Part shown: positions 1 through 10,068 of the stretch, one piece after another
How the letters are laid out: every line of letters begins with the position of its first letter
Numbering within the stretch: position 1 is the first letter of the stretch
NCBI GenBank assembly: GCA_963788195.1
Contig: CAWBGA010000017.1
Location: 160,001-224,000 of the forward strand
Reading direction: 5' to 3'
Length of the DNA stretch: 64,000 nt
Origin: Nitrospirota bacterium
Lineage (GTDB): Bacteria > Nitrospirota > Nitrospiria > Nitrospirales > NS-4
Notes under the pieces: model-generated
The model's input: the letters and a program-made list of their open reading frames with translations, nothing else
The model's database searches: none
Told to the model about the DNA's origin: nothing
Made by a program: the position numbers and the translations under genes

Positions 1-243
1 CGGGTAGACGCGCGCCGTGATGGTCTCTCCCTTGACCGATTCGATATTCGCGAGATACGCAGCCAACGACGGGTTGCGAGCCGATGCCAGCTCCAACATT
101 TCAGACAAGGTGTAGCGCGCGACACCCGGATCGACCTGCGCCGCCATTTGGTTGACCTCGCCGAGTGCCGGGGGGCACAGACCGAAGCTCAGGATGAAGA
201 GACCCAGAAATCGTCGATATACAAAACAACACCGGTGGTTCAT
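1..243 (-). CDS. TolC/CzcC-family outer membrane efflux protein, 5' part (runs off window start)
   Basis: Manual translation from ATG at 243 (GGAGG RBS upstream): MNHRCCFVYRRFLGLFILSFGLCPPALG...YTLSEMLELASARNPSLAAYLANIESVKGETITARVYP. Signal peptide followed by a typical OEP N-terminus. Not in the ORF track. Confidence 0.7.
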   Translation of the reverse strand, partial: MNHRCCFVYRRFLGLFILSFGLCPPALGEVNQMAAQVDPGVARYTLSEMLELASARNPSLAAYLANIESVKGETITARVYP

Positions 244-346
244 TACTCTTAACCTCCCAACAAAGAGACGCAGCCTTCCACCTGCGACTTCCTGATGATA
301 TGAGCAACCCCTAAACAAGGAAGTCACCCTCGGCGACCGCTAAATT

Positions 347-577
347 TTATGCAGGAGGATGAAACGAGAGGTCAGGAAGGTGCAGCGATTGCAGCAGCGA
401 ACTACCAGGCCGCGAGGTACATTGAACGACCGAAGCCCCAAGCGCAGGGAACTCCCCCATAGCCGCTTCCTCAAGACCAAGCCCCTGCCCATCGAGTGAA
501 GACAGACCTCCTGCAAGGAATGACATCACAGAGACGACGAGCATAAAGGCCAGGCACATCCAAGACATTTGGTGCAT
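347..577 (-). CDS. Small membrane-anchored leader protein ending in FHPPA (candidate regulatory uORF)
   Basis: C-terminal 76 aa of ORF 347..1411 (MHQMSWMCLAFMLVVSVMSFLAGG...LPDLSFHPPA). Hydrophobic N-terminus, HPP C-terminus, directly upstream of the CzcC-like gene. Alternative start at 622. Confidence 0.5.
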   Translation of the reverse strand: MHQMSWMCLAFMLVVSVMSFLAGGLSSLDGQGLGLEEAAMGEFPALGASVVQCTSRPGSSLLQSLHLPDLSFHPPA

Positions 578-888
578 TCGGCAACTCAAGACATACTGAG
601 TATAGGTGGTGCAACCGTTCATTTTCAAGGCCACGAGCGTGTACTTCGCATCCTGCCCGCTTGGACAAAAATAGAACCTCGGCACATTTCGGTATTTCGG
701 ACTGATGCCCTCGCCCGAGCAGATTCCCTTTCCCTTTCCACCCGCCCGCCCTGGAATCTGCCAAGACAGATTTCTTTTTCCCGTTGCACCCACCCTTCCC
801 CGGACGCCATTGCACCCAACGCTACACCCGCCTTCCCCGGACGCGTTGGGACGCGTCCTTTTCCCGTGGCCCACGCGGACGATAGATC

Positions 889-1881
889 TTAGCGAAAGGC
901 TTGCAGCAGCAGATTCACAGCGTAGGCGACAAGGCCGGCACCAGGAAGAGTAAAAATCCATGCGTACAGAATCCGCAGGGTGACTCCCCATCGCACCGCA
1001 GAGAGCCGCGTCACCGCGCCTACACCCATAATGGAGGAGGTGATGACATGCGTAGTGCTGACAGGCAGACCAAAATGCGCGGTTCCGAGGAGAATTAAGG
1101 CAGCGCTGGTTTCTGCCGCAAAACCGTGCACCGGCTCCATCTTCATGATCCGCATGCCAAGGGTGCGAATAATGCGCCAGCCGCCGGCCGCTGTCCCCAA
1201 ACCCATAGCAAGGGCACACGAGAGGATGACCCATGTGGGAACTACCACGTGGTCGAGCTGCCCAGCCGAAACCAAAGCGAGGGTGATGATGCCCATGGCC
1301 TTTTGCGCGTCGTTCGAGCCGTGGCTGAACGCCATCAGGCTCGACGACAACAATTGGAGTCGCCGGAATGATCGATTGGCAAGGCCGCGAGGCACGCGAA
1401 AGAATACCCAATAGATTGCGAGAATAAAAAGGTATCCGAGTAAGAAACCCATGAGCGGCGACAATAAGAGCGCTTCCAAGACTGTCCGAAGTCCCGAAAA
1501 CTTGACCGCGGTCCAGCCGCTTTGCGCCATGGCGGCGCCGATGATGCCGCCGATGAGCGCATGAGAGGAACTACTCGGGAGACCCAGCATCAGCGTAAAG
1601 AGGTTCCACGCGATGGCGCCTAAAAGCGCAGAAATCACCGTTAACTGATTAATCAATGATGGCTCGACGATTCCTCCTCCGATCATCTTTGCTACGGCGG
1701 TCGACATAAAAGCCCCCGCTACATTCAACACGGCAGCCAACGTTACTGCCTGACCCGGTGAGAGGACGTGAGTCGATACAACCGTGGCAATGGCGTTAGC
1801 GCTGTCGTGCCACCCGTTCGAGAAATCGAACAGGAGCGCGAAGACCACCACCAGGACTAGGATCAGAGTCGGATCAAACAT
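889..1881 (-). CDS. pitA: Inorganic phosphate transporter (PiT family)
   Basis: PiT signature motifs NGWHDSANAIAT, GLPSSSSHALIG, HGSNDAQK and PVSTTH. Confidence 0.95.
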   Translation of the reverse strand: MFDPTLILVLVVVFALLFDFSNGWHDSANAIATVVSTHVLSPGQAVTLAAVLNVAGAFMSTAVAKMIGGGIVEPSLINQLTVISALLGAIAWNLFTLMLGLPSSSSHALIGGIIGAAMAQSGWTAVKFSGLRTVLEALLLSPLMGFLLGYLFILAIYWVFFRVPRGLANRSFRRLQLLSSSLMAFSHGSNDAQKAMGIITLALVSAGQLDHVVVPTWVILSCALAMGLGTAAGGWRIIRTLGMRIMKMEPVHGFAAETSAALILLGTAHFGLPVSTTHVITSSIMGVGAVTRLSAVRWGVTLRILYAWIFTLPGAGLVAYAVNLLLQAFR

Positions 1882-1926
1882 CCTCTGCGGAGAGACTATG
1901 AGACAGATGGGAAAAGGAGAAGGGAA

Positions 1927-2547
1927 TCACACATGCTTCAGGAGGATGCGCTCCAGCACATTCGCCACATCCTCGCACCGGTCGGTGGTTTCTTCCAGGC
2001 TCTCATAGATTTCCTTCCATTTGAGCACCGTGACGGCATCCCGTTCGCTTTCGAACAGCCTGGCAATCGCATCGCGAGTGATGCGGTCCGCTTCATTCTC
2101 GAGGCTGTTCACCATCACGAAGGTCGCGCTCAGATCTGTCGCTTTCCCAAGTTGGGCGATTCCCCGTCCCAGCTCATCCGACGCCCGGTAAATGATGTCT
2201 GCGAGGCTGATGGTTTCCTGAGTCGGCTTTTCTATTTTGAACACCACCATCTGATCAGCCGTAGCTTCGACGAAGTCGAGCACATCGTCGATGCAACTCG
2301 CCAAGGCATAGATGTCCTCACGATCGATCGGCGTGATGAACGTCTGGTTCAGGCTTCGAAAAATAGTGTGGGTGATGGCATCTCCCGCGGATTCGACGCG
2401 TTTGATCTCTCGAGCCTTCTGCTCCGTATCGCTGTAGGTTTCCATCATCTCTTTCAACAGGCGGCTACCCACAACCATGTTCTGCGCTGCTTCATTAAAC
2501 ATGTCGAAGAAAGCCAGCGTGCGGGGGAACAGACTGAAGCTAAACAT
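1927..2547 (-). CDS. DUF47 / PhoU-like phosphate transport accessory protein
   Basis: FITPIDREDIYAL and WKEIYESLE motifs; adjacent to pit. Start taken at MFSFSLFPR. Confidence 0.92.
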   Translation of the reverse strand: MFSFSLFPRTLAFFDMFNEAAQNMVVGSRLLKEMMETYSDTEQKAREIKRVESAGDAITHTIFRSLNQTFITPIDREDIYALASCIDDVLDFVEATADQMVVFKIEKPTQETISLADIIYRASDELGRGIAQLGKATDLSATFVMVNSLENEADRITRDAIARLFESERDAVTVLKWKEIYESLEETTDRCEDVANVLERILLKHV

Positions 2548-2664
2548 ACAGCGCGACCCCTGATGAATTTTACGAGTGTACCGGTCCCATTGCGACAAAT
2601 CAATCATAGGTCCCCGCAACACATCTTTGGTTGACGGACCACGGTTGCGTAGGTAAAATGCTGC

Positions 2665-3744
2665 ATGAGCTTGAACAAGGACCACATCCAGCGTGTGGTC
2701 GCAAAAGCCGTGTTTTCTCCCAGCGGGGACAATTCCCAACCCTGGACCTTTGTGTGGGATGGGACGACGTTGAAAGTGATTCATCACGAGTCCCGGGCGT
2801 CACACCCATTAAACCCGGCCGGGGTTGCCTCCATGATCTCATTCGGATGTGTATTGGAAGCCATCGCCATTGCCGCATCTGAATTTCATTGCAGTACTGC
2901 TTTCACGCTGGAAGATTTTTCGGCGGGTGATTCCGCCTGGGCTCGGGTTACGTTCGGCCCTTCGACGTGTGCTCGGGATCCCCTATCGGATGTCATCTCT
3001 CAGAGAACGACGGACCGCCGTTTCTTTAGAAAAGGGGACATGCCCGTCGCGGCTCTGGAATCAATTGCAGCCAATGAACGTAACTACGCCCCCGCGCGAA
3101 TCCATTGGACCTCGGCATTGGAAGGCGAACTGACAGATTACATCGTCGACGCTGAGAAGATCATGATGACTCACCCGGACATAATGCCCGCGGTGTTTAA
3201 ATGGGTTCGCTTCACTCAGAAACAGGCGCGTCTGACGCGAGATGGCCTGAGTTGGCGGAATATGGGCCTGAAGCTCTGGGAACTTCCCTCAATGGCGTTA
3301 ATTCGTGAGTTTCCGGGCATTTTGAAATTCCTGAGACCTGTCACTGTTCCAGGGCATGCCGCTCGGGTGCGCAAGCAACTGCAATCATCTGCTGGCGTGG
3401 TGCTGATTTCGATTCCTGCTGCCAAAGGCAATTTCAAAGATGTCGTGCAGGCCGGACGTTTGATGATGAGAACCTGGCTCTCGTTAACGCAACTGAACTA
3501 CGGGGTTCAGCCGCTCACGTTGTGCTCACATCCGATTTATTGGGCTCGCCAACAGTTACTGGACGCCGAGTTTAAAAAGATCGCGCATATTTATGAGGCC
3601 GGTCACAAACTACTGCAAAAAGTTTTTTCCCTGCCACAGGACCGCATTCCCATCTGGATGATACGGACCGGCCTCAGCACTCCCCTTCCGGAAAACATGC
3701 GAACATTTCGGCGGCCCGTCGAGCACACCCTGAAGTATCTCTAA
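2665..3744 (+). CDS. Nitroreductase-like FMN-dependent oxidoreductase (type associated with ThiF enzymes)
   Basis: SPSGDNSQPW and RTTDRR motifs; C-terminal AGRLMMRTWLSLT..G.QP and FRRP. Duplicated nitroreductase fold. Confidence 0.8.
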   Translation: MSLNKDHIQRVVAKAVFSPSGDNSQPWTFVWDGTTLKVIHHESRASHPLNPAGVASMISFGCVLEAIAIAASEFHCSTAFTLEDFSAGDSAWARVTFGPSTCARDPLSDVISQRTTDRRFFRKGDMPVAALESIAANERNYAPARIHWTSALEGELTDYIVDAEKIMMTHPDIMPAVFKWVRFTQKQARLTRDGLSWRNMGLKLWELPSMALIREFPGILKFLRPVTVPGHAARVRKQLQSSAGVVLISIPAAKGNFKDVVQAGRLMMRTWLSLTQLNYGVQPLTLCSHPIYWARQQLLDAEFKKIAHIYEAGHKLLQKVFSLPQDRIPIWMIRTGLSTPLPENMRTFRRPVEHTLKYL

Positions 3745-3763
3745 CCGCTGGCAGAGACAGGCC

Positions 3764-5794
3764 TCAGTACTCAACCGTCACCCCTCCCAGAATCAGCAAT
3801 GGTGCGCCGAGCGTCTTGATCGCACCGGTTTGTGTCGCGATGTAGCGCTTCCCGGCCAGGTTCTCAACATCGAGAAAGAGCCGCACGGCCTTTCCGATCT
3901 GTTTTTTGAACGAGGCGTCCACCACGACGAAATCAGCAATCGGTTGCGTGTTCAGATCATCGGCGAACTGGCGCGACAGATAGCGCGCAAGAAGCGTTGC
4001 CTCGCCCCAGCGAGGAGCCGCAACGGTCACGCCAGCTACGACTTGATGCCGAGAAACCATCGGCACCTGTCGCCCCTCGCGAGTCTTGTCGGCCGGGAAG
4101 CTTGTGATGACCGCATCCGTGTAAGCATACCCAACATTCAATGAGACATACTTCGTGGTCTGGAACTTGAGGTCCGCCTCTCCCCCTGTGGAGCGCACAC
4201 GGCCGACATTTTCACGTCGCGCGGCAGAAGCTCCCTGGGAAATGAATACGATTTGATCCTTCACTTCGTCATAATGACCGCTGAATCGCAGGCGGATCCG
4301 GCGTTGGGCGAGCTCGGTTTCAATTTTGGCGTCGCCGCCGGTCAGACGTTCGGGATTCAAGTTTTCATTTGCCAGAAACCTGAATCCTGAAAACACAAAC
4401 CCCCGATATAATTCGTTCAACGTGGGGGCACGAAACGCCTGATAGACCGAGGCGCCCGTTCTTAGAATCGGGCTCCACTGGTATAGCAACGCAAGCTTGG
4501 GGCTCACCACACTGGCCCCGCGATCGCGGGGCGTTGTTTCATCCCCCGTTTGAGCCACGACGTGGCCGTCGAAGTTTTTCCACCAATCCCAGCGGAAGCT
4601 GGAAACCACGCTGAGGCGGTCTGTCGGGCGCGCCATCCATTCGCCGAACAGGCCGGCGCCTACTTGTTTGCCTCGGGCCAAGGTGTGGGTAATTGGCCCG
4701 TTCCCCGTCGGGAAGATTTGCTCTTCCGACTGTCCAATGATCGCCCGCGCATCCGTGCCGATGACCAGACGATTGCGAGAATCAAGCGGCAGCGTCACTT
4801 GACCAACGCCCCCGAAATCGTCATGGGGAATGACCTGGATTGTGTCCCGGACTTCGCCGAGCCGTAGAGTCGGTGTCGGCAGGATTCGTGACGTCAAGTT
4901 CCGAAATGTCTCCCATTGCGCGAAGAGTTTCGTTTCCCAGCGACCCTCCCCACCGACCTCTCCTTCCAAGCCGGCAGCCACACTTCCTATTGTGCGGCTA
5001 GCAAGGCTCAACGGTGTGCCGAATGTCCGGTCCTCTCGAAAGAGGCCCCCGGAGACCGTCAGTTTGGTGCTGGAGTTGAGATTCACGGCAACCGCGCCGT
5101 TGAAATTTTCATGCCGCGAGTCGTCCGTTCGGTCCACCGGACCCCGCTGATAGGATGGGACGGTAATGAATCCATTCGAATGATACCAGCGATAGCCGAG
5201 CTTTAATTCCAGCCGGTCTGTGCCATACCGCGTCGAGAGAGATTGCCGATAGGTATCGAGATTCCCCGCCGCGCTTTCGACACGAATGCCGGGTCCGATG
5301 CGCGGCTGTTCTGTCAGGATCTGCACCACGCCGCCCATCGCCCAGGTGCCGTATAGACTCGAACCCCCTCCGGGGACCACCTCTACGCGCGCTATCGAAT
5401 CCGGCACTCTCCCCCAGTTGATCCAGCCGCCGAACCCGTCATTTAAGGGAACTCCATCCAAGAGCACCAGAGCCCGGCGGGTGCCCAATCCCTGCAGACT
5501 GAGAAACTGAGCAGTGGGATGGTTATAGCGGCTCGACAGATTGCTGGGCTGAACTCCCGGCACATAGCGGAGCAGATCATCTACTTGATCTCCGCCCCTG
5601 AACGGAGTTGTGAGAATCTCTTCGCGCGTCAAGGTCGTCGTAGGCGCCGCCAGTTGACTGGCGCCTTGGGGTACCCGCGTGGCCGTCACGACCACCTCTT
5701 CCAAAAGCTCTTCGGAAGCCTCTACGTCCGCTGGAAGTCCGCCGTTAATTCCAAGCCAGAAGCAAAGAAACGCGAGGCGACAACGGACGTTCAT
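3764..5794 (-). CDS. TonB-dependent receptor
   Basis: Signal peptide, EEVVVTATR TonB-box region, plug motifs (LVLLDGVPLND, RVEVVPGGGSSLYG), C-terminal aromatic residue. Confidence 0.93.
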   Translation of the reverse strand: MNVRCRLAFLCFWLGINGGLPADVEASEELLEEVVVTATRVPQGASQLAAPTTTLTREEILTTPFRGGDQVDDLLRYVPGVQPSNLSSRYNHPTAQFLSLQGLGTRRALVLLDGVPLNDGFGGWINWGRVPDSIARVEVVPGGGSSLYGTWAMGGVVQILTEQPRIGPGIRVESAAGNLDTYRQSLSTRYGTDRLELKLGYRWYHSNGFITVPSYQRGPVDRTDDSRHENFNGAVAVNLNSSTKLTVSGGLFREDRTFGTPLSLASRTIGSVAAGLEGEVGGEGRWETKLFAQWETFRNLTSRILPTPTLRLGEVRDTIQVIPHDDFGGVGQVTLPLDSRNRLVIGTDARAIIGQSEEQIFPTGNGPITHTLARGKQVGAGLFGEWMARPTDRLSVVSSFRWDWWKNFDGHVVAQTGDETTPRDRGASVVSPKLALLYQWSPILRTGASVYQAFRAPTLNELYRGFVFSGFRFLANENLNPERLTGGDAKIETELAQRRIRLRFSGHYDEVKDQIVFISQGASAARRENVGRVRSTGGEADLKFQTTKYVSLNVGYAYTDAVITSFPADKTREGRQVPMVSRHQVVAGVTVAAPRWGEATLLARYLSRQFADDLNTQPIADFVVVDASFKKQIGKAVRLFLDVENLAGKRYIATQTGAIKTLGAPLLILGGVTVEY

Positions 5795-5869
5795 TTACTC
5801 AAAGCCTCTACGCTCATGAAGCTATTCGATGAAGGACGGAGCGCGGCGACTCAGACGTAGGGTCTGCCG

Positions 5870-6253
5870 TCACCTATGCTGTCGTAAGGCCTGAAGATAA
5901 AGAATGATGTGTTCCAGTTCCTGATCGCTGATGTCGTCCTTTGAAAACGAAGGCATGGCGCCCAAACCGTGCCGCACCTGAAACTTCATTAAAAATGCGG
6001 GGAGAGGCTTATTATTGAGCGCCGGTGCTAAACCCGCCTCGCCGCGGGGATGACATTGATCACAGTTTTTCATGAACAACTTCCTCCCCTCCGTCAGATG
6101 TCCCGCGGCGACGGGCATGGGCCCTGCGATCGGCTCAGTCCGCCGCGCCGACCCGCACCCGGAGAGCAGGAGAATACCGAGCAAGAGGGTCATCAGCACC
6201 GCCACGGGAACGGTTACTTGGATGGCAGGCCCGTGTCTTTTGTAATACGCCAC
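5870..6253 (-). CDS. Monoheme cytochrome c lipoprotein
   Basis: LLLSGC lipobox, CDQCH heme motif, distal Met (GAMPSF). True start probably a little downstream of 6253. Confidence 0.88.
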   Translation of the reverse strand: MAYYKRHGPAIQVTVPVAVLMTLLLGILLLSGCGSARRTEPIAGPMPVAAGHLTEGRKLFMKNCDQCHPRGEAGLAPALNNKPLPAFLMKFQVRHGLGAMPSFSKDDISDQELEHIILYLQALRQHR

Positions 6254-7746
6254 AACACTCCGGTTTGTTTCTGCGGGACCGGTCTCGCAGCAACTGACAT
6301 CACACCAAAGTCGACCACGTACAGCGTCTCGCCGGACGGACTAAACCGTGCAGCCACGGGTCGTTCCAATCCACCTGTGTGTAGCCAGGACGAAGGACCA
6401 TTCGTCTCGCCCTTATTGACCGCGAAATCTTCAATGACTCCTGTCTCAATATCGACGCGCACCACCTTGAAGCCTACAGGAGCCAGCACTTTTCCGACCC
6501 CCGGCGCCATGTCTCCAAACTGAGCGACAAAGGCCTGTCCGACATGGCCGAAGCGCTTGTGTGTGGAAAAATCAAAGCCGTTGGATGAAGAATGCACGTC
6601 GAACACGGCTACCGGTTCCGGAGGTGTGCTGGGAGGTTCAGCAAGTAGTTGTGTCGGTTTCGCTTTGCCGGGTGACATGAATCGATCCCCCTTGTCTAAA
6701 GGATGCGACCCATGAAAATCCGGCCAGCCGTACCAGGCGCCTGGTTGGACACGCCACAGGAGATCCCCCGTTCCAAAGACCGGACGGCTCCCCCGCACAT
6801 CGTAGCTGTTATCCGTCACATACAACTGCCCGCCCGGAGAAAAGGCCAAACCGAACGGATTTCGAAAACCCCAGGCAACAAGCTCGGGTTTCCCGCCCAG
6901 TAACGACACGCGCATCACGGCGCCGTTGCAGGGTACTTCCCCACGAATGACTTGGCCTTTGGCCGTCGGGCTTCCAAAGGCGGAAAAGGCGCCGGTTGTC
7001 ACCTTCTCATCCATATCCGAGGCGAGGGGATTGCCGGAGACGAAGTTTTCGCCGGCCAGTTGGATGTCACGGCACGGCGTGTCATGGAACGTCGCCTGAC
7101 GCTTCAGCCAGCCGAATGCGGCATTGTCCTGACCGACCACGGCGGAATTCGTCGCGGTGCCTTGTCCAAAGTAGAGCCAGCCATCAGGACCGACAACAGG
7201 CCCGTTCGTGTGATGGTCGCCGAGGCTGGGGAGATCCTTAAGGACGATCGAGACCTTGCCGCCGGGGGTGACTCGCAGAATCCGCCCGCCTTCGCGTGCG
7301 CCACCTTCCGCGATATAAAAGTTCCCTTTATGAAAAACAACCCCGGTCCAGGGCCCATTATCGCCTCCGGTCACGATGACGGTCGGCTGTCCCTCTGGTT
7401 CCACACGCAGTAATTTGGGCGCCGTCCAGACTTCGCCATAAGAATATCCCGCCTCGAGCACATACGGGCGACTCTCTTCATCGAACGTTACAGCCGTCGG
7501 GAATGTCAGTCCCGTAACAACCGGCTCGATTCGATAGCCGATGGGAAGGGCAATGTCTGAGACATTGATTTGCCGTGGCGGAACAAAGCCCGTCTGCCCC
7601 CCACCCTCGGATCCACGCATGGAGAAGCAGCCGGAAAGGGCCGCAGCGCCTACTCCCAGGCATGCCAAAAAAAGACAAATTTGAGCCCGGACAGTGGCCA
7701 TAGAGCTTTGTCGGGGTAACTTTCGCGAGGCATCTTCTGGCATCAC
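6214..7746 (-). CDS. PQQ-dependent sugar (glucose/sorbosone) dehydrogenase family beta-propeller lipoprotein
   Basis: GDHHTNG, GPDGWLYF, AWGFRNPFGLAF and YGWPD motifs; LSGC lipobox. Start may be at 7701. Confidence 0.85.
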   Translation of the reverse strand: MMPEDASRKLPRQSSMATVRAQICLFLACLGVGAAALSGCFSMRGSEGGGQTGFVPPRQINVSDIALPIGYRIEPVVTGLTFPTAVTFDEESRPYVLEAGYSYGEVWTAPKLLRVEPEGQPTVIVTGGDNGPWTGVVFHKGNFYIAEGGAREGGRILRVTPGGKVSIVLKDLPSLGDHHTNGPVVGPDGWLYFGQGTATNSAVVGQDNAAFGWLKRQATFHDTPCRDIQLAGENFVSGNPLASDMDEKVTTGAFSAFGSPTAKGQVIRGEVPCNGAVMRVSLLGGKPELVAWGFRNPFGLAFSPGGQLYVTDNSYDVRGSRPVFGTGDLLWRVQPGAWYGWPDFHGSHPLDKGDRFMSPGKAKPTQLLAEPPSTPPEPVAVFDVHSSSNGFDFSTHKRFGHVGQAFVAQFGDMAPGVGKVLAPVGFKVVRVDIETGVIEDFAVNKGETNGPSSWLHTGGLERPVAARFSPSGETLYVVDFGVMSVAARPVPQKQTGVLWRITKDTGLPSK

Positions 7747-7853
7747 CGATTGAAAAGCAAGTTATGGGGTCTATGCTTCTTTGGTATCAAAGTTTTTCTC
7801 TTGACAAGGTTGACGGCCGGCGCGACACTTGACCCCCGCTGACTAGGGACAGT

Positions 7854-8466
7854 ATGGACAACATTTCACGTCACCTTCCGCCTCCCCTGCTCGCCATGGT
7901 GCTCACCGCCGGCCTTGTGTTTCTTGTCGATCTCATGATGCCGTTAGGCTGGGTGGTGTGGCTCCCGTATATCGGGTTGGTCTTTTGTGCATCGTGGCTG
8001 CCACGCCGCACATCGACGTTGATTCTGAGCGGAATCTGCACCGCCTTCATCATCCTAGGATTGCTGTTTGATTACTTATACATTGATTCCGCCCGAGCGT
8101 CGCTTGAGGTCGGGATCTTCAATCGAATGATGGGCATTGCCGTCCTATGGGGGGCTGCTGCGCTGGTCATGCGGCAACAACAGATCGAGGGCGCCCGTGA
8201 AGATGTTCGTTCGGGGAATGCAGGAAGCACTCGCGAATATCAAGACCCTCCGGGGCTTGCTGCCGTTTTGCCTTTCCTGCAAGAAGATTCGCGAGGGAAA
8301 TGGATATTGGAGCGGGATCGAAACCTTTGTGACCAAGCACTCGATGGCGGAGTTCACGCCTGAACTATGTCCGGAATGTGAGCAGTACCTGCAGACTCAA
8401 CTCCCGCGAGAGCCATCGATCGCCACCGGTCCTCGCGAACTGCTTTCCTCGCCTCACCGGGATTGA
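7854..8466 (+). CDS. Membrane protein with C-terminal Cys-rich module (CxxCKKIR...CPEC); split by an indel near 8200
   Basis: ORF 7854 gives ~4 TM segments and ORF 8137 gives IKTLRGLLPFCLSCKKIREGNGYW...LCPEC. The frames join near 8198-8203. Confidence 0.7.
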
Positions 8467-8530
8467 TCTCGATACCGCCGGCCTATGCGGTCCGACCGCA
8501 ATAGTACCGACTTGGTGTCGAACGCAGGCT

Positions 8531-10066
8531 TTATTTTTTAGGGCGCGCGGCCGGTGGTCGCGATGGTATGAGATGACTAGTGGGGGCGACCTTCGAAACC
8601 GCCGGCGAGATCCGCGCCGGTGCACTAGGCAGGGGATTCGGGCGCATCTCTTGAGGGGGTTCACTGGTTTGAATCGGTCTCCCGGCCTCTGTCGGCAACT
8701 GTTCGAGGCCGAGGCTGCGCTGAAGATGAGCTTGCGCAATGTACGCGTCATAGATCCCCGCGCGGTACCGTGCAAGTGCGCGCGTCAGATCAAACCGGGC
8801 AACTGTGACGTCACGCTCTACGCCGACCTTGTCCCGGAATCGCTCCTCCGCAATCTTGAGCGCGGTTCGCGCGGCCTCGGTTTCCTCGCGCAAGGCGTTA
8901 ACCTGTCCTTCGGCGGCCCGCACGTCCGCCAAAGTGATCCGCACTTGCTGCAGAACAACTCCCTGCTGCTCCCGTAAATCAATCACTGCCTTATGGTGGC
9001 GCAATTCCGCTTGCGCGCGCTCGTGGTTCGTACGACCCCATTCCCAGAATGTCCAATGGGCCTCAACCCCGGCCCTCAGGATGTCTGGTACGGGATGGAT
9101 AACCAGGTCCTTTTGCTTCTCAAAGCTGCCGAAGAGCCCTACCTGGGGGTAGTATCCACTACGGGCCAGCGTGATGCCTTCGCGCGCCCGGTCCACGCCG
9201 TAAGCCACTTCGCGCACATCCGGACTTTGCCCTTGAGCAATTCGCGCCGCCTCTTCCGCATCAAGCGTCACAACACGTTCTTCAGGACGAAACACAAGCC
9301 GAATAGATTCAGCGGCCTCCAACCCGGTGAGCCGCTTCAGATCGTCCTGCGCCACCTGGATGCGCAGGCCTGTCTCCAGCGCTTCCTGACGAAACGCAGC
9401 CAACATGGCGCGAAGAGGCGGCAGCGCATTGGCCGTCGCGCGACCACCGGCGATGGAGCTTTCGGTGTAGCGCATTTCAGCTTGTTGGAGCTGGATCCGG
9501 GCATCGGCGGCCTGCCGTTCCTCATTGGCCTTCAACACCGCAAAAAATGCCACCTTCACCAGGCGAGCCGTATCATGCTGAACCCGGGTAAGTCGGGCGC
9601 TGCCGATGGCTTTGTCTATTTTCGCCACGTTGTACGTGCTGCTCAACCGGAAGCCGGTAAACAACGGCTGATCGAGCCGGATGCGCATGTAGTAGTCCCA
9701 GGCCGTGCCGGCCACGATATCGGTTCTTGAATCTGGAGGAATAGACAGTCCGCTGGGCAACGTTCCGGGGATCGCTGGAATGACAATGGAATTCGCGGGA
9801 ATCGCGATTTCAGGGCGCGGCCCCTGCACAAAATAGCGGAGGTCACTACGCAGTTTCGGCAGGAAATCCTTGAAGACTTTGGGGACCTCCTCCGCGAACG
9901 CAGCAGCCTCGAATTGGCTGGACTGCACCCGCAGATTACCTGCAGACGCAAGGCTCAGGCTTTCTTCCAACGTGAGGTCACGCGGCTTGTGCACAGGGGG
10001 GGCCGCCGCCAAGCAGACCTCTGTCCAGCACACGATACAGATGATAAGAGTCAGGATTTTGCGCAT
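8531..10066 (-). CDS. TolC-family outer membrane channel
   Basis: Own signal peptide MRKILTLIICIVCWTEVCLA at 10066; OEP motifs (QPLFTGFRL, ARSGYYPQV, WTFWEWG). Confidence 0.88.
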   Translation of the reverse strand: MRKILTLIICIVCWTEVCLAAAPPVHKPRDLTLEESLSLASAGNLRVQSSQFEAAAFAEEVPKVFKDFLPKLRSDLRYFVQGPRPEIAIPANSIVIPAIPGTLPSGLSIPPDSRTDIVAGTAWDYYMRIRLDQPLFTGFRLSSTYNVAKIDKAIGSARLTRVQHDTARLVKVAFFAVLKANEERQAADARIQLQQAEMRYTESSIAGGRATANALPPLRAMLAAFRQEALETGLRIQVAQDDLKRLTGLEAAESIRLVFRPEERVVTLDAEEAARIAQGQSPDVREVAYGVDRAREGITLARSGYYPQVGLFGSFEKQKDLVIHPVPDILRAGVEAHWTFWEWGRTNHERAQAELRHHKAVIDLREQQGVVLQQVRITLADVRAAEGQVNALREETEAARTALKIAEERFRDKVGVERDVTVARFDLTRALARYRAGIYDAYIAQAHLQRSLGLEQLPTEAGRPIQTSEPPQEMRPNPLPSAPARISPAVSKVAPTSHLIPSRPPAARPKK

Positions 10067-10068
10067 GT

